Part shown: piece after piece, positions 61,485-64,000 of the stretch | Numbering within the stretch: position 1 is the first letter of the stretch | Layout of the letters: each line of letters starts with the position of its first letter | Source of the DNA: an uncultured Nitrososphaerota archaeon | Lineage (GTDB): Archaea > Thermoproteota > Nitrososphaeria > Conexivisphaerales > DTJL01 | DNA: 64,000 nucleotides | Direction: 5' to 3' | Assembly: GCA_963842885.1 (NCBI GenBank) | Contig: CAWJIE010000005.1 | Location: 96,001-160,000 of the forward strand | Position numbers and translations under genes: made by a program | The notes under the pieces: model-generated | Told to the model about the DNA's origin: nothing | The model's input: only the letters and a program-made list of their open reading frames with translations | The model's database searches: none

Positions 61485-61658
61485 GTTGGGATGAACACCT
61501 AGCCCGAAGAAGGGTTGTTCTGGGATAATAAATCTAGTTCCGGATTGCAGGGAATCGCCAGAGCGGGGAAGATGGAGGAGTGAGCAAGAGGAGGGTTCGA
61601 GGAGCCGCGGTCCTCGCAAACGGATTTAACAGGCAGCGGAGGACCACTCAGATGATGA

Positions 61659-63490
61659 ATGAAGAGGGGAGATGCCGTCCTGAAGGCGGAGGCCCATGAT
61701 GACGAAGGGCTCGGCAAGGCTCTGGGAGTGGACCTGTCTCAACTGGACGATTCTCAGCAGGCGGGATCTCCTGGAAAGGCTGAAAGCCGCCGATGCCTCG
61801 GGGGTCGCTTCCCTCCTGAGGACTCGACAGGAAGAAGGGTCTTGAGCTGGTCAGGAAGTACGGCGAAGCCGAGGGGAGGGTGGCCGAAAGGGCCGCCCTG
61901 AAGACGCCCGACGCCAGGAAGCTGGGGAGGGAGCTTCTTTCGCTATTCTCGGAACTCGCTTCCTGTGAGCTTTCCAAGGCCGGTTTCCAGGTCACGACCC
62001 CCACGCTCGACGCGAAACTAATCCAAAAGAGGCTTTCCCTGGGCCCGGCGGCGCGAGGGATCCATGACTCCTTGAACGACAAGGGGAAGCTCGAGGGCTC
62101 TCTCAGGCTCCTCAAGGACGCGGCTTTTGAGAAGCCGAAGCAGGGAGAGTCGGGCATTTCCAGCTATTTCCTGGCCCGCCGTCGATTCCTGAGGATAGCG
62201 ACGTCGTTCTTCGAAGGCTTCGGCGACGTCAACGAGGTCCAAGCGTTCCTCTCTCCCATCGACCGCACGGCGCTCGCGGCTCTTTCGCACATCATGGAGG
62301 AGATGGGCGGAGGGGCAATGGAGGACGCCGACGCAGTCCTGGGCGACGCGGAGGTCGTCATCAACGAAGAGCTCAGGAAGGGCCGCGGCGATGCCGAATC
62401 TGCCAGAAGGGCGGTGGAGGGAAGGATTGATGAAGTGGTTTCCGCGCTCGGGATGAACGCGGCGGAGGAGGAGGGGCTGAGGCGCGCCGCGATGGAGGGT
62501 CTGCGCATCCCCTTCGAGTTCGAGAAGGGCACGCTCAACGAGGTCCTACGGCACTGGCGGAAGAGGCAGGAGGAGGAGAGGGCGAAGAGGACGGCGAGGG
62601 TGGAGGCGGCGCTGGGGCAGCACCTGGACTTGATCGACCTGGTCGTCTCGAAGCTGCTGGAGCTGGACAGGGCTCTGGCGATAGCTTCTGCGATGCGGCG
62701 CTACTCCCTGGTCGTGCCCGAGCTGGGCGTTCAGGGGGAAGGCTTCGTAAACGGCCGTAACCCATTCCTCCTCAGAGACTCGACAGAGAGGAAGGAGAGG
62801 GAGGTGCATCCGGTGAGCTACAGCCTGGGGAAGACCCAAAGCATCCAGGTTGCAAAGGCGAGGAACGTGGCGGTCCTCACTGGGGCGAATAGCGGAGGCA
62901 AGACCACCCTGTTGACCACATTGGCGTCCGTCCACATACTCACCCTCTACGGATTGCCAGTTCCCTGCGATAGGGCCGAGGTGGTCCCGGTCCCGATCTA
63001 CCTGTTCCGAAGGAGGGTGACTCGGAGGATCGGCAGCCTTGAGCACGCCCTTGGTTCGCTGATCCCGGTGTTCGGAGACCGGCGTCGGAAGCTGGTCCTG
63101 ATCGACGAATTCGAGGCGCTCACGGAACCCGGAGCTGCCGGGCGCATAATGGCGGCTGTGCTGAACGAGGCCGCCTCGAGTAGCAGCCTGGTCCTGGTGG
63201 TCACGCATCTGGCTCGCGAAACGCTCCCACATGTGAGGCTCCCCATAAGGGTCGATGGGATAGAAGCGAAGGGGCTTGATTCCAAGGGAGACCTCGTGGT
63301 TGACCGTCAGCCCGTCTTCGGCCACATCGGCTCCAGCATGCCCAAGCTGATAATCATGAAGCTGTCCAGGTCGACGAAGAACAGGAGGGTGAAGGCTCTC
63401 TACGAAGAGATACTTGCTTCAATCAAGGAGGAGAAGGCACAGGTGCAGGCGCCCATAGCCATCCCCTGGGCGCGAAGTGAGGAGGAATGA
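61659..63490 (+). CDS. Archaeal MutS-like P-loop ATPase (MutS5/MutS2-type; N-terminal frameshifts)
   Basis: LTGANSGGKTTLL, LIDEFEALTEPG, VTHL, RVDGIEA. Confidence 0.8.
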
Positions 63491-63539
63491 CGTCCCCTCA
63501 TTCGGACTTGAAGGGGCCTATACCGAAAAAGGGTTGGGC

Positions 63540-63553
63540 AATTGGGCCCAATT
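63540..63553. promoter_or_regulatory. Perfect 14-bp palindrome AATTGGGCCCAATT within a larger imperfect hairpin
   Basis: Seen directly; flanked by GGTTGGG/CCCAGCC; intergenic. Confidence 0.35.
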
Positions 63554-64000
63554 AGGTACCCCAGCCAGGTCCCAAAATCTGTTGCGGTCGTAAAGTGCCA
63601 TATCCTCACTATGCCTTGGGACGACATCTTTCTCACTTGATCATCTTTAAGTTATTGAGAACAATAGGTTAATTGAATGGGGAAAGGGTCGCCCCGCGCT
63701 GGCCCTCATTTTATCTTGGCGATGATCTGTTGCAACTCAGACTAGGCTGTCAGCCAGAGGTTCCTTTCTATCGGCCTTTGAGACACAGTCCTCCACCAAA
63801 TCATCGACTATGACTTGAATGACACTGTCGAGTGCTGACCTGCTGAAGCGGCTCGCCTGGCTTTCCAATCAATCATGAGGAGGAGGCGTGCCCGCCTGCT
63901 GGGTCGTCGAGACCACGGGGACCAGGATAGCGCAGCCCGCCAAGCAGACGGCCGCCAACACGAAGGTCGCGAGGAACCCGAAGTAGAACGAGACATAACC

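Noticed and set aside
63737-63795. Possible IS-end/MITE remnant (GGCTGTC...TTTGAGACACAGTC)
   Set aside because: The inverted match is weak, with no clear TSD or second copy.

Overview
A GC-rich archaeal chromosomal segment. The archaeal assignment rests on GatD/GatE, archaeal-type GlyRS, form III RuBisCO, NurA-HerA and an intron-containing tRNA. Gene content is most consistent with a non-ammonia-oxidising Nitrososphaerota/TACK lineage, which is an inference. Positions 1-15.8 kb are an accessory region downstream of a tRNA-Gln(CUG) gene that has two BHB introns, one non-canonical at 10/11. This region contains degenerate copies of the tRNA 3' end and a 16-bp motif repeated three times between single-gene units, suggesting repeated cassette-like integration. 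Positions 16-38 kb are mostly core genes (aminotransferase, AlaX-like, pckG, rbcL, COG2403 enzyme, glyS, NRAMP with an HTH-ferritin regulator, nurA-herA, three paralogous wHTH proteins, gatDE). Positions 38-51.7 kb are a surface-glycan cluster, and 52-64 kb are metabolic genes. The most striking element is a 1266-bp TnpB-only unit (32850-34115) with intact RuvC motifs. It is bounded by 23-bp GGnnnTG terminal inverted repeats and an 8-bp near-perfect target-site duplication, the signature of DDE-type (IS1/IS6/IS1595-like) transposition rather than of IS200/IS605. Many genes carry single-base frameshifts that are probably sequencing errors.
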